64,000 nucleotides of DNA from Geosiphon pyriformis uo1 (GCA_016748015.1 JAAOMT010000647.1:4880-68879), one strand, 5' to 3'. Shown: positions 37,640-53,123, counted from the first letter of the stretch. Numbers and translations are program-made. The notes: generated by a model from the sequence alone, not told the origin.

Positions 37640-40290
37640 ACACCAATAAAACAAGACACAAAAGTCTTAAAAGTCTTAAGAAAAAGAAATAAGAATATTT
37701 TATAATTAACAACCAAATAATTTAAGTTTTGACACTTAAAACAATATTAGTATCTAGAAGTTTTTTATCAAATACAATATTTTCTTAAAGTATTAATTTT
37801 AATAATAATAATATCTAAATTATTTTGTAAACCAAATATAACCAGAACAAACTAAAAACAATAACCAAAATCAAATAAGCAAAAAATGAAACAGATCTAA
37901 TCATTAATTTAAGATATTATATTATTAATTTTAAAAACAATACAGCCAAGAGAAAAATTAACTAATTTGGTTTTGAACTTATCATAAAACAGAATAATCT
38001 TATTTAAATTTACCAAAAAAAAGATTCTAATACTATTTTTACTCAATAAAACTAACCAATAATTTAAAGCAAATATATTTAAATTTTTAAAATAAACAAC
38101 CACATATTGTTAAATACCAACAGACTTTAATATAACATAAATAATTTTTTTAAATACACTATTATGGATAAACTTGGAAGGATAAGACAATAACTTTTGA
38201 TGCTCTAAATTTAGGTATTAGAAGCCATAAAAATTCTTTTGAGTAGATTTGTTTAAAGTATCAAAGTTATCAGTCTCTAAAAGTTTTTCTTTAAATGTGA
38301 ATTTATTCATGGAGTTCTTTAGTAATAAGACACAGAAATAGAATTTTATAGTATTATAATTTGTAATTGTGTATTATTTTCTTTGAGTTAATTGAGTACA
38401 GTTACTAGAGTCTGGTGATATTTTTTTACCCTTCTGGTAAGCTAACAAGATAATATTATTATTTAATTCTAAAAGAAACTTCTTTTTTTTACTAGACTAT
38501 TATAAAGTCTATTCTCAAACAGTTGATTTTTTTTATGTTGTCACTCCACAAAAAAATCAAAAAAAGAAAAAGAAAAAGAAAAATACCAAAAAAAAAAGAA
38601 AAAATATAAAAAAAATTAAAAAAGAAAGTTAGTATCATTAACCACCATAATTAAAAGCAATTGATCCAAATTTTTAAGAATTCACAGCATTATATACTAA
38701 GAGTATTTGTTCAAAATAATAATAAAAAACAATAGTAAAAAACAATAATTAATTTAGTAAAAATACATGACTTTAGAAATTATGAATAAGCAGTTTTTGG
38801 ATTTCTGTGTTCTTTTTAAATATTTTTTTTTATTTTTGTAAATTGAATATCAGTATAAGTAAGAAGTTTTATTAAGGAATATATTGGATATATATAAAAA
38901 GAAAAAAGTTGATTTTTGTCTATCTGTCTGTCTTTTTATCTTTTATAATTACTCTTTTTTATATATTTCTCTTAGTTTTACAAAACTGCTTTTAATTGTT
39001 TTATTATTGTTAACTATTACTTGCTATTTCTGTTATTGCTTTGTTTTTTTATATTATTACTAATTATTTTATGTTTGACTAATTTTTTTGTGCTATATTG
39101 TATTCTCATATTTTGTATTGTATTATTTTAAGTTATTATGTATTATTCTGTGTTTTTTTGTATTATTCTGTATTATTTTATGTTATTATGTTTTGATTAC
39201 GTTTTTTTATAATTTGGATTGGTTTTTTTACTTGGGTAATAACACTAAGTGCTATTTTAATATTAGTAGCAAACATACTTAAAAGCATATTATATAATAT
39301 AATAGCAGCAAAAAAAGAGCTAAACTTAGAAATCACTAAAAATTTGGCAATTTTAAAAATAGTTAAATAAATAAAGCTTCTAAGCTTAACCAAAAATACA
39401 GCTTTTAAAGACTATTAAAAAAACTCTATACAAAAGAGATTTATATTGTCTTTTATAATTAACTTTATATCTAAAAAACTATATACAGATTAAAAAACAG
39501 CCTTAATATAAGCTAATTTAATCTTAAAAATAGCATTAAGCACTAAAGTAAAAACCACTTATCTAGCAAACTTTTAACAATCAGTATAGTTTTTCAAGTA
39601 CTATTAATAACAGTACCAAAAACCAGAAAAGATGATTTAGTTTTTATCTAATTAGCCCAGTTTTCAAAAACAAATAATTTAATAAAAAATTATTGTTTTG
39701 TTTTCAAAACCAGCAAAAATTTACTAAAAAACATCACATTTGGCAATACAACCAGTAGTTAATCTTGGTCTATTTTAGATAATATGTTAGATAATACAAT
39801 AGAGATTTCATTCAAAATTTTATGTAAAACTATAAAAGTTTGGTATAATAATAATAAAAGCAAACAATTGCTTCCACTTTTTTGAATTTTTGGTTTTTTT
39901 AATCATTTTCAAAAAAGTAGTATTAATAATACCAGATATAGCAATAAAAATCAAGAAGATTAGTTTATTAATTAACTTATTATTAAAAATTTTTGAGCTT
40001 TTAATAAGAGTAAAAACAACATTAAAATTAATTTAAATATATTTTTTAAAAAGAATTTCAACTAATAAAAAACTAGTTAAAGATAAAAAAAATGCTTTAA
40101 AAATTATTAAAGGCAGTTTTTTACTATTACTACTTAAAAAAAATTTCTAAAATGTTCTATTTAACTGCTATAATAACAAAAAAAAACTTTTTTGATTGAA
40201 ATCTTATTATATATCTTAAAAAAAATATTAAGTATAGTTTTTTTATTTTTTGTTTTGATTATAATCATAAAATTAAAGAAATTAAAAATT
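37640..40290 (-). mobile_element. ORF1-only family copy 3 (oldest), truncated at its 3' end and split by a solo LTR
   Basis: Reverse complement is colinear with ~34720-36300; see ORF remnants 37909-38103 and 39178-39393. Confidence 0.75.
38160..39241 (-). repeat. Solo LTR, family C, with 4-bp TSD ACAC
   Basis: acac|tatta ... taata|acac. Host sequence is continuous after removal. Confidence 0.8.
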
Positions 40291-42264
40291 TTTTATTAAA
40301 ACATAATAATAATAAAATAAGCTATTTTAATAACTTTTATTAAAATCTAAAAGACTAAAAGTTTTTTAATTTTGTAATAAATTATTTAAATTTTTAATGT
40401 TTTTAAAGTATTGTTATTTAAAAAAATTTAAAAAAATTTATTTTAAAAATTTTGGCTTAATTTTATTTAAATTTTTATAATATAATTATAGATTTTGTTT
40501 TCTAAATTAAAAATTTTTTTTTTTAAAATAAATTAAAATAAGTTTTTATATTATTATTTTTTATTAAATTTTAATAAAGTATATTTAAACACTATTTAAT
40601 ACAATATATTAAATTAAATAACTTAAATTAAATATGTTTTATGTGTTTTTTATATGTAATTAATTAAGTTAAATTAAAATAGACAAAAAGTAAACTTAAT
40701 CTATTAAGTTTTTTATAATATTATTTAAGTTTTAACTATTAAAAATAAACTTACTAAAAAACAATTTAGTTTTTTAATACTATTTTTAATATTAAAGTTA
40801 AATATTTGCTATAATACAATCATATAATTACAAATATCTTTATTTAAAGATAAAATTTTAATATTTAGTTTAATTTGGTTTAAGTTCAATTAAATTATTA
40901 AATTAAATTAAACCAAACAAAAATTTTGGCTAAATTTTAAACTTAAACTTAAACTAAACTTAATTATTAAACAAAATTTTATATTTACAATTATATTTTT
41001 ATCTAAAAAAAAACATATTTAAAAACAATAAATAATTCTTGAATTTTTAAGTAAGTATAAATTATATATATAAGATAAAAAATTTGTATCTGATATGTTT
41101 AAATATTAATTTTTAATAAAAATAATAATTTAAATACAGTTTTTTAGTTAAATTGGCCAAAAAATAAGCAATTTTATTTGTTAGAACATTTTTTTAATTG
41201 ATTTATAATTTTTTTAAACATTTTGTTTTTTTTTTAATATTTTTTATTATAATATATATAATTTAATAAGAAGTTTTTAATAATATTATAAAAGCTTAAT
41301 AGTGTTATAATTTTGCAAAATAATAGTTTATACATATATTTTAAAACTATATATTTAGTTGTTTTTTTCTTTTATTTATTTAAATTTATTAAAATAATTT
41401 TATATCTTATTTTAAAAATTATATTTATTAAAAATATTAATATTTAAACTATTTAAATAATTAAATTTCGTTATTTCGAATTTTAAATCTTCAATAACAA
41501 ACAATAAATTTATTTTAATAAGTTAAAAAGCAAATTTGTTATATATATAATTTTATATATTTTTTTAACTGATTATAATAATTAAACAAAGTAATAATTA
41601 ATAAATAAATAATATAAAAAATATATTTTTTTTAATTTTATCAAACTTAAACAAGTTTGTAAACTTTGAATTAAATTTGAACTGAATTTAAATTAATTTT
41701 AAAATTTAATTTGAATTATAATTTAAATTAAACTTAAATAGTATTTAAAGTTTAATTTATTTTAGTTTAATCAAATTTCTATTCAAAAAATCAGCTTAAC
41801 AACATTAATATTATTTTTATTTATGCTATTAAATTCTATTTTAACTTTAAGATTAGCAAAGTTCTTAAACATATTAATTAAAAAATTAATAAAATTATTA
41901 GAAATAATTATTATAAAAAAAAAGTTTTTTTTATCTTAAAATTTTTACATGTATTCTTATTTAAAAGAAAATAACCAAAAATTTAATAAATTTAATAACA
42001 AATCTAATTAAAACAGTTAAACTTAAAATTTAAAAATTTAAGAAATTTAATCTAGATTTGGTTACTAAATTAACAGCTAAAAAAAAACTAAAAAAATAAA
42101 ATTTTAGCATAAATTTAATAATTAACTTAAAAAAAATAAATAATAATATTTTATAAAAATCAAATATTACAATAATAAAATATTAATAATAATAAGAATT
42201 AAAAAAATAAAAAATAAAGTAAATATAAATATTAACTTAAAAAATTAAATTATTGATATTATAG

Positions 42265-43240
42265 TATTATTCAAATAAAAAAATAATTAAAAACTTATTA
42301 GAAAAAAACATAAAAACTACATAATAACATAAAAAAAATATAATAATATAAGATAATACAGAATAATATAAAATAATATAAAATAATACAAAATAATATA
42401 AAATAATACAAAATAATATAAAATAATTTAAAATAACACAAAATAATATACAATAATATAAAATAGTACAGAATAACTAATTATAATATAAAAAATAATA
42501 ATTAGCAATAACAAACAATAAAAAGCAATTTTATAGAATAAAAAATATATATAAAAATAAGTAGTTTTAATAAATAAAACAGAATAAACCAAACCAAAAT
42601 TAGCTTAAATATTTTATATTATTTTTAATTTTAGAAATTTTTTTCTTTTTTTTATCTTTTACATCTTAAATTTACCAAATAAAATATTATTGTTTAAATT
42701 CACAAATCTATAATCTATATACTTTAATATTAAAATTTTATTAATTGTTTTTATTTAATTCTATTTTAGACCAGATTTTATTAACTTAAACTGATTACTC
42801 TTAATTATAACAATTAACAAAAAATACAAATTTTTTTTTTTTGTTGAACAGCAACATTAAAAATTGATTGTATAGAAATAAACTTTATAATAATTTGGTA
42901 AAAAAAGCTTTTTTTAGGTTTAAATATTAATTTTATCTTATTAGTTTATCAAAAAAGCAAAAAAACAACATCAAATCTTAATCACTGTGTTTGTCAGCTT
43001 AAAAAAAACACAATTACAATAACACAAATAAAAAACAGTATTTTTGTATTTTATAACAAAAGAATTCAATAGATAGAATTTCAAACAGAAAAATCTTTAA
43101 AGATTAATAACTGTCTTTAATACATAAATAATTTTAGCTAAAAATTAATTTGCTTTTAATATTAAATTTACAAATGTCAAATATTATAACCATACTTTGT
43201 TAAGTTTATCTATAATATTTAGTGCTTTTTGTGAGGTTAT
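42265..43240 (+). repeat. Decayed family C 5' LTR followed by a PBS remnant
   Basis: Inverse match to 38160-39241. Followed by tagtgctttttgtgaggtt, resembling the PBS at 12288-12305. Confidence 0.55.
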
Positions 43241-43599
43241 AAATTTATAAAGACAAAATATCTAGAAAACTCACAAAATAGTAATTATTAAAACAGTTAA
43301 AAAAAATTATTTATTATTTAGAAAAGCATTATATCAATACTTTTGACAAGATTTAGGAATTCTAAAAGAAATATTTATAGTCAAAAGTGATTTTTATTAT
43401 TATATACATATTAAGATTGATTATTATTTAAGCAAAACAGTAAATACTAAAAAACTCAGAAAACAAATTTACCAAAATTTTTTATTATACTCAATCTCAA
43501 TTACTAAAAAAACAATCATAAAAACTCTTTTCTTTATTAACAAAAATTAAAGTATATATATTAAACCATTATTCACAACTTAAAAAAAACTACAACACT

Positions 43600-46500
43600 A
43601 AAACTTTTTTTGAAAAATCCAAGTTAAACATAAAAAACAACAGTTAACAACAGTTTAAACAAAAAAAAATACAATCTACTATTGGCAAAAAGTTAAGATT
43701 ATTATTATTAACAATACTATTATATTATCAGATATTTGAATGTAGAATACTACTTAATTATTTATTAAATTACAGTCTAAAACTCCAAAGATTTCTAAAA
43801 AATTTTATTTTTAAGATTTCAACAAAAATTTTTGAACTAAATTATTAAAAAAATATAGAACTTATTCAAAAATTTTATCTTCATAACAAACATTACTTTT
43901 TAAAATACCGCTATTTAGAAACAACAAATAATACAATTATTAACTAAATTAATAATTGCTTTTTTAGAAAAAATATTACTGTTTTAATTTATTGCAATAA
44001 ATAACAAAAAAAACAATTTAATTGAATAACCAAACATATTTTTGCCAATCTTTTTTTCATTAATAAACAACCAACTCTTTACTATTTTCGTTATAACTTA
44101 CAGAAACATTACCAGATTAAAAAAAATTTCCAGTAAAAAAGAAAATACTTATACTTGAATTATAAAAACTAAAAAAGCAATTATAATAAACAATTAAAAT
44201 AACATTAAAACAATACAAATTCTATTTTTTTTTGACTAAAACAGCAGATTTATAGTATCAAAGTCTCAATAAAAAGCCAACTTTCAAATAAACTAGATAC
44301 TATAATAAGTTCTAAAAAGTTTATCTTAAAATTTACAAATCTAAAAACTTATATTAAAATATTTTATCAAAAATGCCTTTATTAATTGCAAAACTTATAA
44401 CAAATATAATTTTTTTTAACTTGGACTTGTTTAAATAGTTTAAAATTATACAAAAAAAGATAATATAAAGTCTTATTTGAAAAATTTTTAAGCAAATTGT
44501 CCTTAAATTTTAAGTTTTTTTTGATTAAAAAATCTTAAATTTTATATATGCTCTTATTTATAAAACTAAACTAAATTCTATAATTAACAATTGATTACAA
44601 AATAACTGAAACCAAATAAAAAAACTGTTTATTAAAAATAGTTTTTTACAATACTAAAAACAAAAAAAACTTAATATTTATATTGATTTTCTTTAAACTA
44701 AACTTGAAAAAACTTTTAGTTAACAAAAAAATTTTCAAATACCAATAAGACTTATTTAGTTTAATCACTAAAATTAAAGAGCTATTTATACACAATAACA
44801 TATTTTTAATTTGAAAATTAATTAAAATAGTCATTATTTTTTTTATAGTAATAATTATATTATAAATATCAAAAAACTTGTTTACAATATTTAATATTCT
44901 TTATGTAGCAATATAAAAATTATTAATTTAGATTGTATTATTAATAAAAATATTTGTAACTAAATAAAAAGTCATATTAACATTAGATTTAACTTTATTA
45001 ATTTTCATTACAAACTTAAAATCTATTTTGTATTTAAAATTAAACTTATATCTTTTGACTTTATACAAAAAAATTATAAAATTTTTTTATAAGAAAGACA
45101 AAAAAACTTTATACTGATCTAATTTATTATGAACTTTGTATTATTAAACAAACCAAAATCTGTTATAATTTTATTAATGTAATTGTTATAAATATGACCA
45201 AAAAATTTAATAAACTTATTATATATTTTTATTTTTTTAAAACTTTTTTTTAGATGTAATCAACTTATTAAATTATAGGCCTTATACATATTTTAAAGTA
45301 CTGATTAGATTTTTTTACTTTTTTTTAGTGTATTTTTAATGATAAAACTTACAGTAAAAATAAGAAATTAGATTAAAATATTGTTAAAAACCAAAAAGTT
45401 GTTCTCTTTCAAAACATTAAACTTGTTATATGCTATCAAAATATAATTTAATAAAATTTTAAAAAAATTTTTCTTGCAATTTTAATTAAAACAATCAGTT
45501 TAATATTAATTAAAACTCTTTTTCAGTCATAAAGTTTCAAGAATATGGATATTTATATTTTTCTTTAAGTATTAGAAATTTTTTTATTAATAAATACTTA
45601 TTAAACAATTTTAAAAGCTAATATAAAACAAATTTACTATATTGTTTTTACATTTTATTGGAAATTTTAGACAATTTTACTAACTTTTAATTTATTAACT
45701 GCTAAAAATTTAACAAATTCAATTTTTTTTATAATACCAAAAAATTTACTATCTTTTATATATTCAAAAAATTCAAATTATTATTGTTAATAAGAAAACA
45801 TAAAGTTTTTGTTTGTTTGTTTTTTTGTTTATGTTTTTATGATCAAATTAACTTTATTTTTAACCAAATTAAGATTTAAAATTAATTTATTATTTATTAT
45901 TAAATGATTTAATATTATTTTTCTAAAACATTATTAATTATTAAACTCTTATTATTAATAAAAAAATTCATATACTTATTAATAGCAGCTTTTATGTATT
46001 ATTTTTCAGTTAATTTGGGTTTTTAATATTTGTATATTCTCTTTATATAAATTAAGATCTGATTTGTTTTATTAATACCTAAATTATTTTTCAAAATATT
46101 ATTATTTGCCAAAATTTGAGATATTAGTTAGCATAAAATTACTCTTATAATTTTTATTATTAATTAGCATATATTATTATTTTAATTTATTACTTATTAT
46201 CTTATTAAATTATTTAAATTATTAGTTAATTAATAACCCAATTTATACAAAACACAAATATAACCAAATTATAATAATTAGATTATATAATATGCCAAAC
46301 TATATAATATTCAGAGTTTGTCAAAATATTTAGTAATTTATTAAAATATTTAATAATTTATTAAAATAATCTATAAGTTGCAAAAATAACTTATAATTTA
46401 ATAAAATTTATTTTTAATTTGCTAAAATATTAAGAAAAAAAAGAATGCTAACTCATAAAATAATATTATAACAAATTGTATAAAAGAAGAGTTTTTTTTT

Positions 46501-49500
46501 TCGAGAAAATAGAAAAAAATCATTTTATCTTACTCAAAATAAATTAAAATAGTATTTTTCTTACAAATTATAATAAAACTTACTTTGAAAACAAAAACAT
46601 AAAATTCTTAATTATTACTATTTAAAATTAATTTTTCTATATTAATAGTTTAAAATTAACTAATTACTAATTTCAGTAATTGTTAATAACTTCTAAACCT
46701 AAATTCAAAATTATTTTTTTTCTTTAGTTTATTTTCTTTTAAATTTTTTTATATTATTAGATAGTCTATAGTCGAGATTTTTTGTAAAAAAGTTGATTTT
46801 TACAGCAAAATAACTATACATATTTTAAAAAACTTACAGATAAAATTTTTTTAAAAAAAAATTGACTTTTATTGTAAAATAACTATATTAGTAATTGACA
46901 TAGAATTGATTATTTTATTATAAATCTAATAGTATATATAGTCTAAAGTATAGAAAAATACTTTAAAAGAAAAATTAACTTATTAAAAATTTATCAACTT
47001 TTATAAAACAGTAGAATTAACAACAAAATAATATTAACAATATTAAAAAAAAGAGTAAAAAAACTTTTAGTAATAATATTAATAAAGTTTTTTGTCAAAC
47101 TTAAATTCAAAATAACTTATTTGTTTATTAAATTTTGCTGTCATTTTAAGTTCTTAGTTTTAAATATCTTTAAAATTTTAAAAACCAGCAATTCTAATCT
47201 AAAAAGTTTAGATATAATAATGTTTTTTGTAGTACTAATATTCTAAAATTTAATTTTAAAAAAATAGTATTAATTGTAAATATTATTATATGTCTCACTA
47301 AATCTTATATCATATTGAAATTATTGTTGTTCCTGTATATATCAAAATATATAACAAAAACTAAAACAATATTTAAAAATAAAGCTTTAAATTTGAATTA
47401 AATACTATTGTTAACATTTTTTACTCTAAATTTTTAGCAGTTTTTAATTATCTGTTTATGTTTAAATTAAATTAAAGATCAGAAAAACCTTTTAAATCTA
47501 TATTAACTTAGATAATTAAATAATTAAAATCGAAGTATTTATTTAAATAATAAATTGTTTAATTTAGTATAATATTTTAAAAACTATTATTAACTAAAAC
47601 AATATTTATGTACTTGTTTGTTTCTTAAAAATTGGTTCAAGTTAGAATTTTACAAATAAAAAACTATAACAAATATTAAAAAAATCCAATTTTAAAAGTT
47701 TTTTAAAACTAGTATTATAATTAGATTTATTTTTATTAAATTATTTCTAAATATTATATATTATTATTAACTATTATAATTACTATAAAATTAATTTCAA
47801 AAGTTTAAACTAGCCATTTTTTCAATATAATATTAGCATATAAATCTAAAATTATGACTAAAAAATAGTTCTTAAACAAAAAACAGAAAAACAAAAAATA
47901 ATTTACTATTTTTAGAACTTTATATATATGCTTAATTATATTATTATTATAATAATAACAATATCAAAACCAAAATAACCAGATTTTACTTCAAATAAGA
48001 CTAATTATTAAAATAATAAGGAAAGAAATATATCTAAAATCAAAGTTAAATTGTTAAATCTTATTAAAAAATTTATAACTAAATTAACCAAATTATTTAA
48101 CTAAATCTCTAACTTTGCTATATCTAAAAATATTGAAAAATTTAACATTATTATAATTTTATTATTAATAAGCATATCTGAACTTTTTTTATTATTATAT
48201 TATTTATTTAATTTGTAGTAAAAAAATTTTTAACAATTAATATTTAAGATTAAACTAAAAAATTATTGGCATGAATATATTTAATCTTTTAGTCAACTTA
48301 TTAATTTGTTTTGTGAAACTAGCAAGATTGTATTTAATTTTAGTAAATCATAATTTTATTTTACTTATAGTCATTAGAAAAAGTTTAATTTTACTGAAAA
48401 AATCAAACCAAAAAAGAATATTAAAAAGTACTTAAAAAAAATTCACCAATAATAAATGCCCAAAATTTTTTTTTAAAAACTGTTAAGCAAACAACAACAA
48501 CAGACAGTTAAAAACAAATAAAACCAATAAAATATAATATTTTTTATAATAGAAACCATAACTATTGTTTTAATTAAGCACTTTTTTAAATAAAAACACA
48601 TAATTACATATTTTATACAAGTATAATTAACAAAATTGTGATTAATTACACAAGTTTTTCTATTAATCAAGCCAATAAAATTTCAAAAATTATGTGCATT
48701 TATTCTTATAGATAAAGTATAAAATAAAACCTTAAACTTATTTTTAATATTTTATAATTGTTTATTAATATTAGTTTTTATTATATAAATTACATCTTTT
48801 TTAATAAGAATAAATTACTCAAAAGCCAATAAATTAGTTTGATTTTAATTATTTAATTTCATAATTATTTTTTGTTACAGTTTTACTAATTGTATTTTAA
48901 TTAATTTAACAGTACCAAATTTAGCAAGTACAATTTGCATAATTTTTAATAATGTTTTTACAGAAATTTTTTTAATAACTACTATTTAATTTAATTAGCT
49001 GTTTACTGAATATTTAAGATTAATATTTATTACAACATTTTAATTATTTGTTAAACTTGTTGTTATTATTATTGTCTTTTTAGAAGTAAAAAATATTTGA
49101 ATTATTCCACTAAATTTTGAAAAAATAGAGGTTTTTTCAAAACTATTTACATTAAAAAAAAGATTTCTAATAGACTTTAATTTTTTTTTAAAATAACTTT
49201 TCAGATACTGTTAAAAGGTTAATATTTAAAACAAAAAATTTGCAGACCAAAATATTCACTAAAAATTTAAAAAAAAAAGAAAGAAAAATAGAGCTATTCA
49301 AAACATTATTTTTATTGTTACTGCTAATATTAAAGTCAATTTGCTCAAAAAATTTCTTAAAAACACATTTAGTAACAATTTTTTTTAGCTTTTTGAAAGT
49401 TATGTTAATATTTTTGTGTTTTAATTCATTATTATTACCAAGCTGAAAACTGGTTTTTTTTACAAAAAACTTCTTATTTATATTTATGTTCTTAGTATTA

Positions 49501-49760
49501 ATAGTGTTGCCAATATCTAAACCAGCCACTTTATTAGTTTTAGATAACTTTTAAGAAATACCAATATTGATACCAACAACAAATTTCTTTAAAATATTAC
49601 TTTTGTATTTTTTTCTAATAGACAATTTCGAAATTATAGAATTAACACCAGACTTTTTTATATTCAAACCACTATTAATGTTGACAGGTTTGTAATTAAT
49701 TTTGAAGTATCTAATTAAATAGCAAAAAATAAGTAAAAACAAAAAAAAAACTTCTTTTAG
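43600..49760 (-). mobile_element. Highly decayed LINE with ORF1 and ORF2/RT remnants
   Basis: ORF1 remnants at 48500-49740. RT remnants VL*NMYKAYN (cf. VLQDMRKAYD) at ~45270-45305 and IFINNTI (cf. AFVDDTI) at ~44930-44955. Boundaries approximate. Confidence 0.6.
46100..47075 (+). repeat. Solo LTR, family B-like, with 4-bp TSD ATAT, inside the LINE
   Basis: atat|tatta ... taata|atat. Colinear with 12818-13831. Confidence 0.7.
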
Positions 49761-50080
49761 AAATAATACATTCTTTAAGAATTTGGAATATAGAAAAAAA
49801 AAGGTTTTTTCTAGTTTTTATACAAAAAAATTAATATTTTGTAAAATATTGAAAATTTATAAAACAGCAAAAACAAAAACTTTTTCAAAAACTATTTTTT
49901 TTTTTGAAGAATTTTAGATGAATAATTTTAATATTTATCTTTAAACAATTAAAAAACAGAAAATTATAAAATGTTTTCAAAAAAAGTGGTTATGTTTTAT
50001 TAATAATTAATATTAATAATGTTTTTATATGTTTTTATTCTTAATTTAGATAATAAATTTCATATAAATATTATTGTTTA

Positions 50081-52356
50081 TATTGTAAAAGAACACAATT
50101 GGGACATGCAAATTATGTTCTATTTTAGAGGTGTTCTATTATAGAGTTTTATAATTATTATCAAATAAACTATATTTATTTATTAAATCAATCAATTATT
50201 ATTATTATTATTATTATTAAAATATTGATTAATTTTTACCTGTTTTTTAGAATTTTTCTTCATTTTTTCGTATTCATATAATTTTTTTCTAAGTAAATTT
50301 TGATTTTTTATACTAGAATTTTCTTCTGCTAATTGCTCTTCAAATCTAATTACCTTTTTTAATGCTTCATATGCTTCTGTAATTGTAATTATAGCAGGTG
50401 GAGATTTTTTTAATTCTTCTTCCGAGTCATTAATCGTATTGGTTTCAATTTGAGCATCGGCTAAAACCATATCTACAATTTCATTATCATCAAGAATATT
50501 TTCAGTTGCCAATAATTTATCAACTGCTATAGTATAATCTTGGAGATTTTTGACCAATTGTTGTGCATTTGATAGTAAATTATTGAATATATCCATAGCA
50601 ATTGATGTTTCGGATTCTTGAATTTTTAATTCTTGATTATAGAAAAGAATATCCGTTTTTTGCCAACTGTTTTGAATTGTAACAGATATTACTTGAAACC
50701 ATGATTGAACAACATAATCAATTGTCTGTTTTATGTTTAATTTATTTCTAAAAAATAAATTAATATTAGATAAAATTATATAATATATAATGATAATAAT
50801 AGTGTATATATTATATTACTTAATTGTGCAATATTAATTTTTTGTTCAAATTGATGTAAAATATGTTGACAATATAAGTGCTTATATTTGCCTTTTGAAA
50901 GATTTGATAATGCCAGCATCCATTGGTTGAAGATGTGATGTAGTATTTGAAGGAAAATAGTGCAAAGTAATATTGGTTAATTGGAATGAATCTTTCCCAA
51001 TTTGAGTATGATGAGAAGTTGCATTATCAACCAAAAGTAATATATGCCGATTTTGAATTCGAAAGCCTTCATTTATATATTTGAGCCATGCTTTCCATAT
51101 ATCTGAGCGCATCTTTGCTTTGGAATTGAATTTGTAAATCACTGGTAGGTTGGAAGTTCCTTTAAAGCATCTTGGATTTTTTGCATGTCCAATTACTAAA
51201 GGTTGCAATTTGTGAGATCCAGTTGAATTTGTAGCAAGAAAAATTGTAATCCAAGATTTATACTATAAAAAACCCAATTAATTTAAAATAACAATAATAA
51301 ATAATGATAAAAATTGGTAAATATAATATACCAATTTTTTTCCTGCATTTCGACGTTTTGCAGGTGTTTGATTTTGGTCCAATACGAAAAAATAATCCTG
51401 TTTCATCAGCATTATATATGTCAGCAGGATCAAATTTGGATATAATGGTTTTTAATTTTCTTCATTCTTCTGGTGAACTTTCAGTTGATACACTTCCTGC
51501 CTCACCATGAAATCGGTAAACACATAACTGGTTTCGTTTTTTAAATTTTTGAATCCATCTATTTGAGAATTGCATTTCATTTTTGTGTATACCAAGAAGT
51601 TTGGCAAATTTTTTTCCTTTCTCTTTAATTAGTTGATCATTGAATTCGATAGTGACTGCAGTTACTTGTTCTACCCAATAACTTAAAGCTTGGTCTAATA
51701 ATGGAAATTTAATGCTTTTGTGTCAAATAGATCTTTTTGAGATTTTATCAATTTCAATATTCAACCACTTTGCATGCTCTTTGATTATCTTGGAGACAGT
51801 TGGACGAGAAATATGAAGTTCTGGATATTTATGATTGAAGTAAGCTACAATATCATCATGTTTCATGCCATAATGATTTTTGGAATATTGACAAATTTCT
51901 TTACAAAGAGCATCATTAACTGCTGCTCGTTTTTGTTTTTTGAATAAAGGTTCCGACATTATGATAATTTAGCAAGTCTGTTAGAAAATGTGCCTATAAT
52001 GATAATATTAGATTTGGTTTTAGCAAGCCTGAATTGGAATATAATAGGGACTAAGTGGCTGTACGTGAAAACAGACAAGATCAAAAAGAGTAAATCCAAT
52101 GTAAATCGATTTAAAAGAAAGTTAGGATGAAATCAATTCAATACGTTCTAACTCTTTTCCCAATTACCAATTAACATCTAGCACGTGATATTTGTTCTTA
52201 TATGAAGGTAAATTTCGATAAAATTATGTTCTTGTTTCTTTATAGATTGTTTTTATATAAAGGGAAAATTTTTAATTAATCAATTGGTTCTATAAAAAAA
52301 TGTTTTTTGTAAGAGGTTGTTCTTTTATCGAAGGTTCTTTTATGGAGGTCTGACTG
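50081..52356 (-). mobile_element. pogo/Tigger (Tc1-mariner) DNA transposon; CENP-B-like HTH + DDE_1 transposase pseudogene 50192-51959 with two introns
   Basis: IYNADETG, LLLVDNATSH, NTTSHLQPMDAGIIKSFK. Right end ..GGAGGTCTGACTG|TA with subterminal GTTCTTTTAT repeats; left TIR damaged. GT-AG introns at ~51263-51331 and ~50748-50820. Confidence 0.85.
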
Positions 52357-53020
52357 TATTAAGAAAAATCTTAATTTTTTAAAAAAAAAATCATTTAACT
52401 TACAAAATTAAATGGTTAATAATATATAAACTGTTTAATATTATTGCTAATTACAAAAAATTTATTTGGTTATTTAAAAAACATTATTTTAAATAATTTA
52501 AACTTTTAAGATTTATATTTACAAATTTTTGCAAATATATTTAATACAGATTGTTTGTTTTAAATAAACAAAGTTGTTTAATTCTTTAAAAATGGGCAAA
52601 TATATTGTTTGTTCTTAAAACTAATATTGGAAAAAATAAAAAAATATTATAAATAAGCTATTAAACCAAGTTTATTAAGTTATTTTATTAGTATTTTAAT
52701 TGGAAAGCTGATTAAAACAAATTAGCTTTTACATGTATGTAATATCTATGAATAGAAAAATTAAGAGAAAATAAAAATTAAACCTGATTTTTAATGTTTT
52801 AAAAAGAGATAATATTGTTGCAAAAAAAAATTGTTTATCAAATAACACTTATTTAATAAAATTTAGGTTATGATTGCCATAATTTTAATTTTAGATGAAA
52901 TGAAACAATGAATGCAGATTCCATTAAAAATGACCAATTAGCTTTCAAACTCTTTGACTCCAAAGACTACGCTAAAATAAAGAAAAAAAAAAGATAAAAT
53001 TAAAAACTGAACAACAATTA

Positions 53021-53035
53021 AAGAAAGAAAGAAAG

Positions 53036-53110
<75 letters not shown>

Positions 53111-53123
53111 AAAAAAGAAAGAA
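53021..53123. repeat. (GAAA)n microsatellite
   Basis: Direct tetranucleotide repeat. Confidence 0.95.
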
